NCBI GenBank assembly: GCA_964429775.1
Contig: CAYSDJ010000008.1
Coordinates: 4,261-68,260, forward strand
DNA: 64,000 nt
Reading direction: 5' to 3'
Source: an uncultured Rhizobiaceae bacterium
Lineage (GTDB): Bacteria; Pseudomonadota; Alphaproteobacteria; UBA828
Positions 28,467 through 38,637 of the stretch are shown piece after piece (position 1 is the stretch's first letter; each line of letters starts with the position of its first letter). The position numbers and the translations under genes were made by a program. The notes under the pieces were generated by a model. The model was not told the origin of the DNA. It saw only the letters and a list, made by a program, of their open reading frames with translations, and searched no databases.

Positions 28467-29807
28467 ATGTTCGATAAAGTTCTGATAGCCAATCGCGGCG
28501 AGATTGCGGTGCGTATCAATAGCGCCTGCCGCGAATTGGGCATTAAGACCGTGTCGGTTCATTCGACCGCGGATGCCGATGCCATGCATGCGCGTCTCTC
28601 CGATGAATCGGTCTGTATCGGCCCGGCGACAGTGCGCGATTCCTACCTCAACATCCCCTCTATCATCGCCGCCGCCGAGATCACCAATGCCAACGCCATC
28701 CACCCCGGCTATGGCTTTCTCTCGGAAAACGCCAATTTTGCCAGCATCGTCGAGGAGCACGGCTTTACCTTCATCGGCCCAACCCCGGAGCATATCAGCC
28801 TGATGGGCGACAAGGTACGGGCCAAGGAGGCGATGGAAAGTCTGGGTGTGCCGGTCGTGCCCGGCTCGCCCGGCACCCTGCACGATATTTCGGAATTTCA
28901 CGCCATTGCCGAGAAAATCGGCTATCCGGTTCTGGTCAAAGCGGTCTCCGGCGGTGGCGGCAGAGGCATGAAGCGCGTCTATTCGGCCGAGGACATGGCG
29001 GAAGCCGTATCGATGGCGCGGGCCGAGGCACAGGCCGCCTTCAATGACGGCTCGCTCTATCTCGAAAAGCTGATCGATACGCCGCGCCACGTCGAGGTGC
29101 AGGTTTTGGCCGACCAACATGGCGCCGCGGTACATTTGGGCGAGCGCGATTGCTCGCTGCAGCGGCGCCACCAGAAAATGGTCGAGGAAGCGCCCTCCTC
29201 CGCTCTCAATGCCGCCGAGCGCGAACGCATCGGTTCTCAAGTGGTGAGCGCGGTGTCCGAGATCGGCTATCGCGGCGTCGGCACGATGGAATTTCTTTAT
29301 GAGGCGGGCGAATTCTATTTCATTGAAATGAACACCCGTATCCAGGTCGAGCATCCGGTGACCGAAATGATCACCGGCATCGATCTCGTGCGCGAGCAAA
29401 TCCGCGTCGCCGCCGGCGCACCGCTTGGCTATGGCCAGGAAGAGATCAAATTTAACGGCCACGCCATCGAATGCCGCGTCAATGCCGAGGATCCGGTCAA
29501 TTTCCAGCCCTCGCCTGGCCGCATCTCCGGCTATCACCCGCCGGGCGGGCTCGGCGTGCGTGTCGATTCAGCGCTCTATCAGGATTATTCGGTGCCGCCC
29601 TATTATGACAGCCTGCTGGCCAAGGTCATCGTGCACGGCTCAAACCGCAACGAATGCCTGATGCGTCTACGCCGGGCGCTTGAGGAATATGTCATCACCG
29701 GTGTTGAGACCACGATCCCATTCCATCTCAAACTGATCGCCAATGCCGATTTCGCCAACGGCGCCTATGACATTCATTGGCTGGAGCGATTTATCGAAAA
29801 CAGCTGA
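28467..29807 (+). CDS. accC: acetyl-CoA carboxylase biotin carboxylase
   Basis: [17 protein letters not shown]... ATP-grasp biotin carboxylase, 446 aa. Confidence 0.95.
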   Translation: MFDKVLIANRGEIAVRINSACRELGIKTVSVHSTADADAMHARLSDESVCIGPATVRDSYLNIPSIIAAAEITNANAIHPGYGFLSENANFASIVEEHGFTFIGPTPEHISLMGDKVRAKEAMESLGVPVVPGSPGTLHDISEFHAIAEKIGYPVLVKAVSGGGGRGMKRVYSAEDMAEAVSMARAEAQAAFNDGSLYLEKLIDTPRHVEVQVLADQHGAAVHLGERDCSLQRRHQKMVEEAPSSALNAAERERIGSQVVSAVSEIGYRGVGTMEFLYEAGEFYFIEMNTRIQVEHPVTEMITGIDLVREQIRVAAGAPLGYGQEEIKFNGHAIECRVNAEDPVNFQPSPGRISGYHPPGGLGVRVDSALYQDYSVPPYYDSLLAKVIVHGSNRNECLMRLRRALEEYVITGVETTIPFHLKLIANADFANGAYDIHWLERFIENS

Positions 29808-30454
29808 TGATTGACCTGTCGCCGGAACTCATTCTCAAGGCCTATGCCTGCGGCGTTTTTCCGATGGCGGAGAACAAGGACGATCCATCTGTATTCTGGG
29901 TCGATCCGGATTTTCGCGGCGTTATCCCGCTTGAGGAATTCCACCTCTCGCGCCGCCTCGCCCGCACCGTGCGCTCGGGCAAGTTTCAGGTCAGCGTCGA
30001 TCAGGCGTTCGACAGCGTCATCCGTAAATGCTCCGAGCGGACGCAAAAACGCGAAGAATCGTGGATCAATGATTCGATTATCGAGGTCTATGGCGAACTG
30101 CATCGCCGCGGCAACGCGCACAGCGTCGAATGCTGGAGCGGTGAAAACCTGGTCGGCGGGCTTTACGGCGTCTCGCTTGGCGCCGCGTTTTTCGGCGAGA
30201 GCATGTTCAGCCGCGCATCTGACGCAAGCAAGGTCGCCCTGGTGCATTTGATTGAGCGCCTGCGTGCCGGCGGCTACAAACTGCTCGATACCCAGTTCGT
30301 GACCGAGCATTTATCGACCTTCGGTGCCATCGAGTTGCCGCGCGGGACATATCTTGAGCATTTACGCGCCGCACTTGAGCGCGAGGCGACCTTCTATCCG
30401 TTTGATTCGGAATTTTCCTGCCAGATGGCGCAATCGAGCACCCAGACATCATAA
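29807..30454 (+). CDS. aat: leucyl/phenylalanyl-tRNA--protein transferase
   Basis: The ATG overlaps the accC stop (ATGA). YACGVFPM...WVDPDFRGV...GESMFS are L/F-transferase motifs. Confidence 0.85.
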   Translation: MIDLSPELILKAYACGVFPMAENKDDPSVFWVDPDFRGVIPLEEFHLSRRLARTVRSGKFQVSVDQAFDSVIRKCSERTQKREESWINDSIIEVYGELHRRGNAHSVECWSGENLVGGLYGVSLGAAFFGESMFSRASDASKVALVHLIERLRAGGYKLLDTQFVTEHLSTFGAIELPRGTYLEHLRAALEREATFYPFDSEFSCQMAQSSTQTS

Positions 30455-30798
30455 ACCGGATGCTCAAGCGCCGAGAGGCCGGGCGTCGAGGCGAACATCC
30501 AACCACTGAACAGAAGCTTGACCGGCTCGCCGCGCTGTTTCTCACGGATTTCCAGAAAGGCGGCGCTTTCCGGTGGTTCCTCGGGCGGCTTTTTGTGACA
30601 CGCCTGGGCAGTAATCTCGAGCGTTCCAAAGCTGACCGGCACGCCGAGCTCGGCGCTAAACTCGGATATCCGCGCGGTTACCTTATCGAGCCCCTGTAGC
30701 ACCACGGCCGTGCGTTCCTGCGCGGATACGCTCATCGGGCTCAACAGCAGGCCGATTGCCAGCACGGCAACGGCGCCTAGCGCACCTTGACTATTCAT
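30394..30798 (-). CDS. DUF2155-like secreted protein
   Basis: ATG at 30798 overlaps the amidase stop (ATGA). Signal peptide present. The conserved block [18 protein letters not shown] is consistent with DUF2155. Confidence 0.55.
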   Translation of the reverse strand: MNSQGALGAVAVLAIGLLLSPMSVSAQERTAVVLQGLDKVTARISEFSAELGVPVSFGTLEITAQACHKKPPEEPPESAAFLEIREKQRGEPVKLLFSGWMFASTPGLSALEHPVYDVWVLDCAIWQENSESNG

Positions 30799-32198
30799 CC
30801 GAACGGCCCTGGTGGCTTTTTGTCCACCCACGGGCAGGCCTCCTCGAAGGCCGCGGCGGCGCGGAAAATATCCGTCTCCGAATTGATCCGTCCGACCATC
30901 TGAAATCCGACCGGCAGGCCCGCTTCGGTAAACCCGGCCGGAATCGATGCGGCGGGCTGGCCGGTGGCGTTGAAAGGATAGGTATAATAAACCCAGGATA
31001 CGGCATTGCGGTCCTCCCACCCGGGCGGCACGTTCAGGCCGACACCGAAGGCGGCGACCGGCAATACCGGCGACAGCAGCAGGTCATAATCGTCAAAAAA
31101 CTCACGCACCTGTTCGCGAAAGGCGTAGCGGGCAAAGAGTAGCGTGAAATAATCCTCGATCGAATTATCAAGCGCGCCGGACAGCAGTTCGACCACGGCG
31201 GGATCCAATTGATCGGCCGAGTCGGACAAAATCGCTTTTAGTTTGGTTCCGACCCCGCCATAAAATTCCGCCGCCCAGATATCGAGCGGCTCGTCGCCCA
31301 GCGGCGCCTCGACCAAATCGACCGTGCAGCCCAGTTGCTCGAAGGTCCGCGCCGCCTGTTCAGTGATTTGCAAAACCTCCGGATCGCTGCGGGCATAGCC
31401 GAAGGTTGGGCTCCATGCGATGCGCATGCCTTTGACCGATTGGCCGCACGCAGCGAGATAATCCGGCACCGGCCCGGCGACGGCAAAAGGATCGCGCCGG
31501 TCATGGCCGGAAATGACGCCAAGCAGCAGTGCAGCGTCGCGCACGGTGCGGGCGAGCGGGCCAACATGGGCAAGTGTCGGCGTCGCCGGCACCGGAAAAA
31601 GCGGCACGCGCGAGAATTGCGCCTTGATACCAAACAGGCCGCACAGCGAAGACGGAATCCGAACCGAGCCGCCGCCGTCGGTGCCGAGCGCAAACGGCGT
31701 GAGCCCGGCGGCAACGCTCGCCCCCGCGCCAGCGCTCGAACCACCCGGCGTCTTGGCCACATTCCAGGGATTGCGCGTGATGCCGGTGAGCGGACTGTCG
31801 CCGGTGCCCTTGCAGCCGAATTCACTGGTCGTTGTTTTGCCGATGATGCAGGCACCGGCGGCGCGTGCGCGTTCGACCGAGGGCGCATCGACGGGGCCAA
31901 TATTTTCGGCGAACGGTTTGGAGCCGAAGGTCCAGGGCACATCCGCCATGGAGATCAGGTCCTTGACCGATAGGGGCAGGCCATGCAGGGCGCCCAGCTC
32001 CGCCCCCGCCATCACTGCCTGCTCCGCTTTACGTGCGGCTTCAAGGGCAATTTCCGGCGTGAGGGTGACGAAACAATTGAGCGCCGGCTCGAGCGCCTCC
32101 TGTCGCGCGAGGGTATCCGCGACCAGTTCAACAGGGGAAATTTCCTTGGCCGCGATCATGCGCGTGAGATCAAGAGCGGTGGCGTAAGCGAAACTCAT
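30795..32198 (-). CDS. amidase signature (AS) family amidase
   Basis: GGSSAGAGASVAAGL... Ser-cisSer-Lys amidase-signature core, 467 aa. Confidence 0.85.
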   Translation of the reverse strand: MSFAYATALDLTRMIAAKEISPVELVADTLARQEALEPALNCFVTLTPEIALEAARKAEQAVMAGAELGALHGLPLSVKDLISMADVPWTFGSKPFAENIGPVDAPSVERARAAGACIIGKTTTSEFGCKGTGDSPLTGITRNPWNVAKTPGGSSAGAGASVAAGLTPFALGTDGGGSVRIPSSLCGLFGIKAQFSRVPLFPVPATPTLAHVGPLARTVRDAALLLGVISGHDRRDPFAVAGPVPDYLAACGQSVKGMRIAWSPTFGYARSDPEVLQITEQAARTFEQLGCTVDLVEAPLGDEPLDIWAAEFYGGVGTKLKAILSDSADQLDPAVVELLSGALDNSIEDYFTLLFARYAFREQVREFFDDYDLLLSPVLPVAAFGVGLNVPPGWEDRNAVSWVYYTYPFNATGQPAASIPAGFTEAGLPVGFQMVGRINSETDIFRAAAAFEEACPWVDKKPPGPFG

Positions 32199-32211
32199 GG
32201 CGGCGGTTTCC

Positions 32212-33279
32212 TCAAATCACGCCGGAGCCACGGTCGAGCGCTTCCGGTGCCGTGAACACGCAGGCGGAGAAACGCGCTTCGAGATCGGCCCGGTCGAGCC
32301 CCTTGCCAATGACGACGATACGGGTTTCAGGCTCGCCGCGTGGCCAGCTATCGGCATAGGTGGGCGGGCTGAATGTCGCTTGAACGCCCTGCAGAATAAC
32401 CGGCTGATCGACATTATCGAACTGCACCAGCCCTTTGACACGGTACAAATCCTCACCATGCATCTCGGTCAGCTCGACGAAAAAGCGCAGCACCAGGTTC
32501 CAATCCATAACGCGCTTTTCCTGCAGACAAACGGCTGTGACTTCCGGCGTGTGCTCATGATCATGCGCGTGGCCGGCCTCCTCCTCGGTCGAGCCAAGCC
32601 AATCGCCGATCGCATCATCACGATTTTTGGGATCGAAGATGTCGAGGTCGACGATCTTGTCGACCGGCAAGGCACCGTGCGAGGTGACCTCCTTGCGCGA
32701 ATAGGGGTTGAGCGCGCTTACCACGGCGACGGTGCGCTCGAATGCCGCATCGTCGACCATGTCGCGCTTGTTGAAAATTATCTTATCGGCAATGGCGATT
32801 TGCTTTTGCGCCTCGATCGAATTGGCAATCTCGATTTCGACATGCTTGAGGTCGACCACGGTGAGAACCGCATCGAGCTTAAATGTGAGATCGAGCTTTA
32901 TGTCGGTATAGAGCAGTTTGGCCAAGGGCGACGGGTCTGCCATGCCGGTGGTTTCGATGATGATCTTATCGAACTCGATCTGCGGCTCGGCCAGTCCGAC
33001 TTTGCGCATGAAGAGCTTGTTGAGGCCGTCCAAGAGGTCGCCCTGTGCGGCGCAACAGATACAGCCATTGGTGAGCTCAAGCATATCCTCGGTGGCGCGC
33101 GCGATCAGATCGCCGTCGATACCGATTTCGCCGAACTCATTGACGATGACGGCAATTTTTCCGGCGTCCGGGTCGCTCAGCACATGATTGATCAGGGTGG
33201 TTTTGCCCGCACCCAAAAAGCCGCTCAGCAATGTGATCGGAATGCGTTGATCGCCGTCGCGCGAATCAAGCCGAGGCAT
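32212..33279 (-). CDS. COG0523 (CobW/Nha3/ZigA-type) GTPase metallochaperone with His-rich stretch
   Basis: Walker A GFLGAGKTT, a CICC metal-binding motif (GCICCA), and a His-rich linker (EEEAGHAHDHEHTPE). Confidence 0.85.
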   Translation of the reverse strand: MPRLDSRDGDQRIPITLLSGFLGAGKTTLINHVLSDPDAGKIAVIVNEFGEIGIDGDLIARATEDMLELTNGCICCAAQGDLLDGLNKLFMRKVGLAEPQIEFDKIIIETTGMADPSPLAKLLYTDIKLDLTFKLDAVLTVVDLKHVEIEIANSIEAQKQIAIADKIIFNKRDMVDDAAFERTVAVVSALNPYSRKEVTSHGALPVDKIVDLDIFDPKNRDDAIGDWLGSTEEEAGHAHDHEHTPEVTAVCLQEKRVMDWNLVLRFFVELTEMHGEDLYRVKGLVQFDNVDQPVILQGVQATFSPPTYADSWPRGEPETRIVVIGKGLDRADLEARFSACVFTAPEALDRGSGVI

Positions 33280-33290
33280 GTGCCGTCAGA

Positions 33291-33995
33291 TCAGCCGTCC
33301 ACCATCGCCCAGGCGCGAACCGGCGAGCCGCTGCCGTCACCTATTTTGAGCGGCGGACCAAAAAACTGAAACTCACCTTTGCCGATGAGCTGCTCTAGGT
33401 TGATCAGCCATTCATAGTGGGTGATGCCCCGGTCGCGGCAGACGCGATGGTTGGGAAAGAGATTATCCGACGGCTTGTCGGTCGACGGCCCTTCGACGCC
33501 ATGCAGTTTGGACCCTCTGTCCGCCAGCCAATTGGTCGCATCGGCGGTAATGCCGGCATTGCTCCACACCACCTTGACGTCGGGGTAATGGCGCTCATGC
33601 AAACCGGTGCACATCAGAACAATATGGCCATCGATTTTGACACCGGCCTTTTCCTCTGCCGCTTCTATGTCGGAGATATCGATATCGCCGAGATCCGGGA
33701 TATGGCGCATATCGAGGCATACCGATTTTCCCATAAACATATCGAGCGGCATATTGTCGACCGTGTCGCCATTGGGGTTGGTGTGATAGAAGGCATCCAC
33801 ATGGGTGCCGATATGATCGACCATACCCAAGAATGTGGTGGCGAACGAAAGCCGGTCGTTGGGCGTTCCGAGTTCGAAATCCTTGAGGGTTTTTTCGTGC
33901 GTGTAATGCGGAACGATGACGGGCCGCTGGAACAGTTTATGCGCCGGCATATTGTCGGTCATCTTTAATGTCAGATCGATCATCTGTTGGCCCAT
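33291..33995 (-). CDS. cyclase-family protein (kynurenine formamidase-like metal hydrolase)
   Basis: HxGTHxDxPxH-type motif (DHIGTHVDAFYH), typical of the putative-cyclase fold. Confidence 0.7.
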   Translation of the reverse strand: MGQQMIDLTLKMTDNMPAHKLFQRPVIVPHYTHEKTLKDFELGTPNDRLSFATTFLGMVDHIGTHVDAFYHTNPNGDTVDNMPLDMFMGKSVCLDMRHIPDLGDIDISDIEAAEEKAGVKIDGHIVLMCTGLHERHYPDVKVVWSNAGITADATNWLADRGSKLHGVEGPSTDKPSDNLFPNHRVCRDRGITHYEWLINLEQLIGKGEFQFFGPPLKIGDGSGSPVRAWAMVDG

Positions 33996-34096
33996 TTAAA
34001 CCTCCCTGAATTATTCGAATTCCGAGCGAATTTCTAATTCAAGAAACACTAACAGGGCGCACCCAGCAGCCGCAATGCTACGCTCAACGGTGGCAA

Positions 34097-34870
34097 TCAG
34101 CTGGCAACGGTCCCGGCGGAGAGGTAGGCGCCGTCAAATCCGGCCAACGTCATCAGCTTCTCGCGATCGAGAATGCGCAAGATGCCGCCGCGCAGATCCA
34201 TCAGTTCCTCATCACGCAAGGCGCGCAGCGTCCGGTTGACATGAATTGTCGTGAGACCGAGCGCATCGGCCAAATGACGCTGCCGGAGCGGCATGAAGAT
34301 GTGCCCGTCATGGACCGCACCGCGCCAATGCAGCAAGGCATCGAACTCAAGCATCAGATGGGCGATTCGTTCCTTGGCGGAACGCCGGCCCAAATTTGTC
34401 ATATGTTCGTCCGCCATGGCGAGCTCGCGTTCATAGCAGGCATTGGCACTGGCGCTAAGCTCATCATTCTCGCGCATATGCTTCTTCATCAATTCGACAT
34501 CGAATTCACTGACCACGGCCTCGGAAAGCAATTGCACCGAATAAGCCAGCGGGCGCGGCGACAAAGCGCTCAGCGTCACCGGATCTCCTGGTAACAGGAA
34601 CGAAAGAATTTGCCGCCGGCCATCACTCAGCATCCGATAGCGCAACCCCCAGCCATCGAGAAGCGAATAGAACGCGGCTGCGTTCTGACCTTGGCGCAGC
34701 ACGGTCGTCGGCTTGGTTACCACACTCTGGCGCACGCGAACGGCCTGAATTGATTCCAGCCGGCGCCAATCAAGTATCGCTGCAAAAGTGAACCCCTGGC
34801 TATTTGCCGCGAAACCATAATTTTCGCCGCCAATCGCGGGCGCATGTTTCATGTTTTCCTTAGGGCTCAC
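34097..34870 (-). CDS. Crp/Fnr-family transcriptional regulator
   Basis: cNMP-binding beta-roll and a C-terminal HTH (TIHVNRTLRALRDEEL). Confidence 0.8.
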   Translation of the reverse strand: MSPKENMKHAPAIGGENYGFAANSQGFTFAAILDWRRLESIQAVRVRQSVVTKPTTVLRQGQNAAAFYSLLDGWGLRYRMLSDGRRQILSFLLPGDPVTLSALSPRPLAYSVQLLSEAVVSEFDVELMKKHMRENDELSASANACYERELAMADEHMTNLGRRSAKERIAHLMLEFDALLHWRGAVHDGHIFMPLRQRHLADALGLTTIHVNRTLRALRDEELMDLRGGILRILDREKLMTLAGFDGAYLSAGTVAS

Positions 34871-35576
34871 AGCTTCGATCTCCCATTGAGTAGGCGGCGT
34901 TCACCGACAACAGATTTTCATTCGCTCTTAGTCCCAGTTAATCCACGACATGCGGTATTTAAAGAATCTTCCCCGCCACCATGATTATCTTGCCGCAAAG
35001 CGGCATTTATCAAGCACTCAAATACCCGTTATGCATATTTGAGGTGAAATTTTTCGTGATTCCCAACTTAGAATTGACCGGGTCAGGCTGATTTTGATCA
35101 AGAAAAATAAATCTCCGGGATAGCCCTGAGCTAAAACCTCAGCAGAGCAGTCTGAAAAAAATTGGAAAAATTGAAAAAAATATTTTTTGACTTAGTTCTT
35201 TTTTCCTATTTTTAATAACCTATGTCGAGGAAATAAATACACACCATAAATTATTAGTTCGTTGTTTTACATGGTTAATATCGCATCACCGCCACAGACG
35301 GCGGAAAATATCCGGTAATTTACGTATATTTCCACAATTTTTCCATGTTTTTAATTGCTTAACTATCCTGCGGCAAACTTCAATAAATATAACGGAAGTT
35401 ATTGCAAGAGGGTAACAACCCCCATAACTGAGTAATTTAGTTAATAACCCAAGGTTTCGATGATCGGACCAAAACACAATCCGTCTAATAGTGAATGTCA
35501 CGAACTGATCTGAGGATTTGCCGCCTAAATCTGGCTGCGGCACAGCAGCCACTCTCTTACCGAAGGAAGATTAGAA
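34871..35576. other. AT-rich (~35% GC) non-coding island with phased A-tracts (35154..35195)
   Basis: About 700 bp with no credible ORF. It has runs such as GAAAAAAATTGGAAAAATTGAAAAAAATATTTTTTGA. It is flanked by the crp-family gene and an MCP remnant. Confidence 0.5.
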
Positions 35577-35617
35577 ATGCCCAGAAGCTCCGCTGCAAAG
35601 AAGTCAAGTTCCCGTAA

Positions 35618-36025
35618 ATCACCATCGAAATCCGGCGCCGCAAAGCCGGCACCGCGCCGCGCCAAGGCTGCGAGCAAACCCAAGGGGCCGTCCACATCGG
35701 CCTTGCAGGCCCGTATCAGGGGGCAACCTCCGAATCGGTTACCGCGATTGAAGGTATCGGCGGCACGATTGGACAGATCAGCGAAATCGCCACCACCATT
35801 GCTTCGGCTGTCGAAGAGCAAGGTGCGGCAACGCAGGAAATTTCCAACAGCGTGCAGCAAGCGGCACAGGGCACGCAGGAAGTGTCCAATACGATCCAAA
35901 GCGTCACTCAGGCGGCGCAGGAATCTGGCGAATCCGCTGGACAGGTCAAGGAAGCTTCGAACGAACTGTCGCAGCAGTCCGAGGGCATGCGCAGCACGAT
36001 CGAAAACTTCATCGCCGGAATCTAA
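35618..36025 (+). pseudogene. 3' remnant of a methyl-accepting chemotaxis protein gene (C-terminal ~105 codons, no start codon in frame)
   Basis: The frame translates to ...[57 protein letters not shown]...IENFIAGI*. This matches the MCP signalling-domain C-terminus. The frame opens only at 35618 and has no ATG/GTG start. Confidence 0.6.
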
Positions 36026-36050
36026 TAATTAAGGTGAATGTCACTCACCG

Positions 36051-36092
36051 GGGGCGGGCAGCCAATTTGGTTGCCCGCCCTTTCCTTTTTTG
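36051..36092 (+). terminator. Rho-independent terminator (GGGCGGGCA-gccaatttggt-TGCCCGCCC + TTTCCTTTTTT)
   Basis: A perfect 9-bp GC stem followed by a T-run, immediately downstream of the MCP remnant. Confidence 0.65.
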
Positions 36093-36164
36093 CCGTGCCC
36101 TCTATTGTACCGATGAGCGCTGATGTATAGTTTCCGGGCAGGAATTGGCAGGAGTGAAGACGTC

Positions 36165-37055
36165 ATGACGCCGGAAAAGATTCTGGCCCACGCGCCCAAG
36201 ATTTTGAGCCAGGAAGAGCGCGAGGCCTATTTCGAGAGCGGATATCTGCTCAAGGAACGCTTTGTCAGCGAGGCCTGGTTGGAGCGCCTTGGCGAAGTAA
36301 CCGGGCGCATGATTGACGAAAGCCGCAACGTCAGCGTTTCAGACGATAAATTCGATGTTGAAGACGGGCACACGCGCGAGGCGCCGAAACTGCGCCGCCT
36401 CACCCAGCCGGTCGAGCATGATCCCGTCTACTGGGAGTTTGCCGCCAATTCCATGATTACCGATCTGGCCGAAGACCTGCTCGGGCCTGACGTCAAATTT
36501 CACCATTCAAAGCTCAATTTCAAATGGTCCGGCGGCGGCGAAGAGGTGAAATGGCATCAGGACATTCAGTTTTGGCCGCACACCAATTTCAGCGTCCTCA
36601 CGATCGGCCTCTATCTTGACGATGTCGACGATATGATCGGCCCGATGGGTGTCCTGCCGGGCAGCCACAAAGGAGAAATCTTCGACCAATATAACAGTGA
36701 CGATCAATGGGTCGGCTGCCTGAGCGACAAGGACTTAGGCAGGGTCGCGCTTGAGAATGCGGTCTATCTGAAGGGCCCGGTCGGCTCGGTCACCGTGCAT
36801 CACTGCCGCACCCTGCACGGCTCGCGTGCCAACAATCACCCAACCAGGTCGCGGCCGCTATTGTTGAACGCTTTCTCTTCCGCCGATGCCCTGCCGATCA
36901 CGCCCAACCCGACACCATCGCGCCATAATGGCGAGATCGTGCGCGGCAACGCGGCACGCCACGCTGAGTTCGACCCCTACCCTGCGCGCCTGCCACCCGA
37001 TTGGTCCGGCGGATACAGCTCCATCTTTGCGCTTCAGCAGGAAGAAGCGATTTAG
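36165..37055 (+). CDS. phytanoyl-CoA dioxygenase (PhyH) family Fe(II)/2OG oxygenase
   Basis: A HxD...H facial-triad pattern (WHQDIQFW ... VHHCRTLHGS). An SD precedes ATG 36165. Confidence 0.7.
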   Translation: MTPEKILAHAPKILSQEEREAYFESGYLLKERFVSEAWLERLGEVTGRMIDESRNVSVSDDKFDVEDGHTREAPKLRRLTQPVEHDPVYWEFAANSMITDLAEDLLGPDVKFHHSKLNFKWSGGGEEVKWHQDIQFWPHTNFSVLTIGLYLDDVDDMIGPMGVLPGSHKGEIFDQYNSDDQWVGCLSDKDLGRVALENAVYLKGPVGSVTVHHCRTLHGSRANNHPTRSRPLLLNAFSSADALPITPNPTPSRHNGEIVRGNAARHAEFDPYPARLPPDWSGGYSSIFALQQEEAI

Positions 37056-37058
37056 AGC

Positions 37059-37466
37059 TCAGCCGATTATCTCGCCTTCGACAAAGGCCATCGCCTCAAT
37101 TTCGATTTCCAGTTCCGGCAGCGCCAGACCGGTGATTTCAACGATGGTATCGGCCGGGTAAGGCGGGGTGAAATATTTCTCCCTGAGCCCGACAATTTTT
37201 CCGAAATTGCCCATATCCTTGAGAAAGATCGTCACTTTAATGATCTTCGAGAGATCCGAGCCGCCGGCGCGCAGCACGGCTTGCAGATTTTCGAAGGCCT
37301 GGTCCGCCTGGGCATCGAAATCGCCGGCGCCGACCACCTCGCCCTGCATATTTATCGCCGCCTGGCCCGATACATAAATCATATTGTCGACGCGATAGGC
37401 CTGGGCGAGGCGAAAGGCCTCATAGGGGTCCGGGTCGGTCTTAATGCGAATCGCCTGTTGCACCAT
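37059..37466 (-). CDS. RidA/YjgF family protein
   Basis: 135-aa chorismate-mutase-like fold motifs (PARSTVQV-like block: ADTIVEITGLALPELEIEIEAMA). Confidence 0.8.
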   Translation of the reverse strand: MVQQAIRIKTDPDPYEAFRLAQAYRVDNMIYVSGQAAINMQGEVVGAGDFDAQADQAFENLQAVLRAGGSDLSKIIKVTIFLKDMGNFGKIVGLREKYFTPPYPADTIVEITGLALPELEIEIEAMAFVEGEIIG

Positions 37467-37545
37467 GGTTCACGCTCCCTCGGGTTATTGTTGTCCGGTT
37501 AAGACTAATCGCCATCGCATCCCACAACAATAAGCGCCTTGTGCC

Positions 37546-38484
37546 TTAGGTGTGGCGTTTCCTGATGCCGCGATTGACCAGCGCCAGACCGAGGAAAAGC
37601 AACGCCAGCGCGCCCCAAATATAGACGCTCGGCCGTTCGGCGAAGATAAGCATGGCCCAGGCAATGCCGGCCAAAACGGTAAGATAGTTGAACTGTGAGA
37701 AAAACACCGACCCGGCGCGGCGCACGATTTCGAAAAACAATAGCCAGAATGCGGTGTTGATCGCCGTTGCCATTAGCACCGCCCAATCGCCCATGCCGTT
37801 TTCGCCAAGCGGAATATAGGCCTGCCCAGTGGCAAACATGACGGGTAAGAGAAACACGGCTGAAACCAGCAGCAAGCCGCAGGCCAGCATAACCGACGGT
37901 GCCTCCGGCGGGCGAAACTTGCCGGCAAAGGCGTTGACCATGGCGAAGGACACCGGCGCCAGCAGTGAGAGCAACAGCCAGCCGGCCATTTCCGGCTCGG
38001 GCAGACTTGCCTCGGGAACCACCATCAGCACCACGCCGGCGAGGCCGACCAGAATGCCGATGATGCAGACGATGCGGAACCGCTCCATGCCGAGCATGAG
38101 TGCAAACAGATAAGTCAGTGGCGGCGACAGTGCGAGAACCAGGGTGAGCGCGCTGGCCGGCAGCTTGGCGGCGACGAGAGAAAGCAGCGAGATCGGAAAG
38201 GCGATGCCAAGCACGCCGGAAACGACATATGTGCGGAGATAAATCAGGTCGAGGCGCGGCACTGATTTTGTAAACACGGAAAGTATCAGGAGTGCCAGCC
38301 CGGCGCCAAGACTTTGCCAGAAGGCGTAGGCGATCGGCGGTACGCCGCCCGCTATGGCAAAGCGATTAACCGAAAAAAGCGCGCCGAAGATGATCGCGGT
38401 GGCGATCAGCATGATCAGCGGTACAAATCGCTTCAGGTCATGGGACTCGCCATAACTGCGCAGGTCGCTAACATAGGAACCCAT
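37546..38484 (-). CDS. DMT-superfamily (EamA-like) transporter
   Basis: Ten predicted TM helices arranged as two EamA repeats. Confidence 0.75.
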   Translation of the reverse strand: MGSYVSDLRSYGESHDLKRFVPLIMLIATAIIFGALFSVNRFAIAGGVPPIAYAFWQSLGAGLALLILSVFTKSVPRLDLIYLRTYVVSGVLGIAFPISLLSLVAAKLPASALTLVLALSPPLTYLFALMLGMERFRIVCIIGILVGLAGVVLMVVPEASLPEPEMAGWLLLSLLAPVSFAMVNAFAGKFRPPEAPSVMLACGLLLVSAVFLLPVMFATGQAYIPLGENGMGDWAVLMATAINTAFWLLFFEIVRRAGSVFFSQFNYLTVLAGIAWAMLIFAERPSVYIWGALALLFLGLALVNRGIRKRHT

Positions 38485-38637
38485 AGTGGGAGCCCTCTCC
38501 TTATGGGTGCGATTCGCCCATGTGGTGTGAAATTGTACCGGTCATGGTGCGGGGATTGGCAGCCTCGGGCTTTGACCCACATCAAACCGGACGGCGCATT
38601 CCGTGTCGGCAAAATGGACAAGTGAACGGGAGCTAAG

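Noticed and set aside
35577-36032. 151-aa ORF on the + strand as a genuine full-length protein
   Set aside because: Beyond the first ~45 residues the translation is Arg/Ser/Pro-rich in a way typical of out-of-frame GC-rich DNA. The -1 frame over the same DNA carries clear MCP C-terminal homology. It is kept only as a possible N-terminal fragment.
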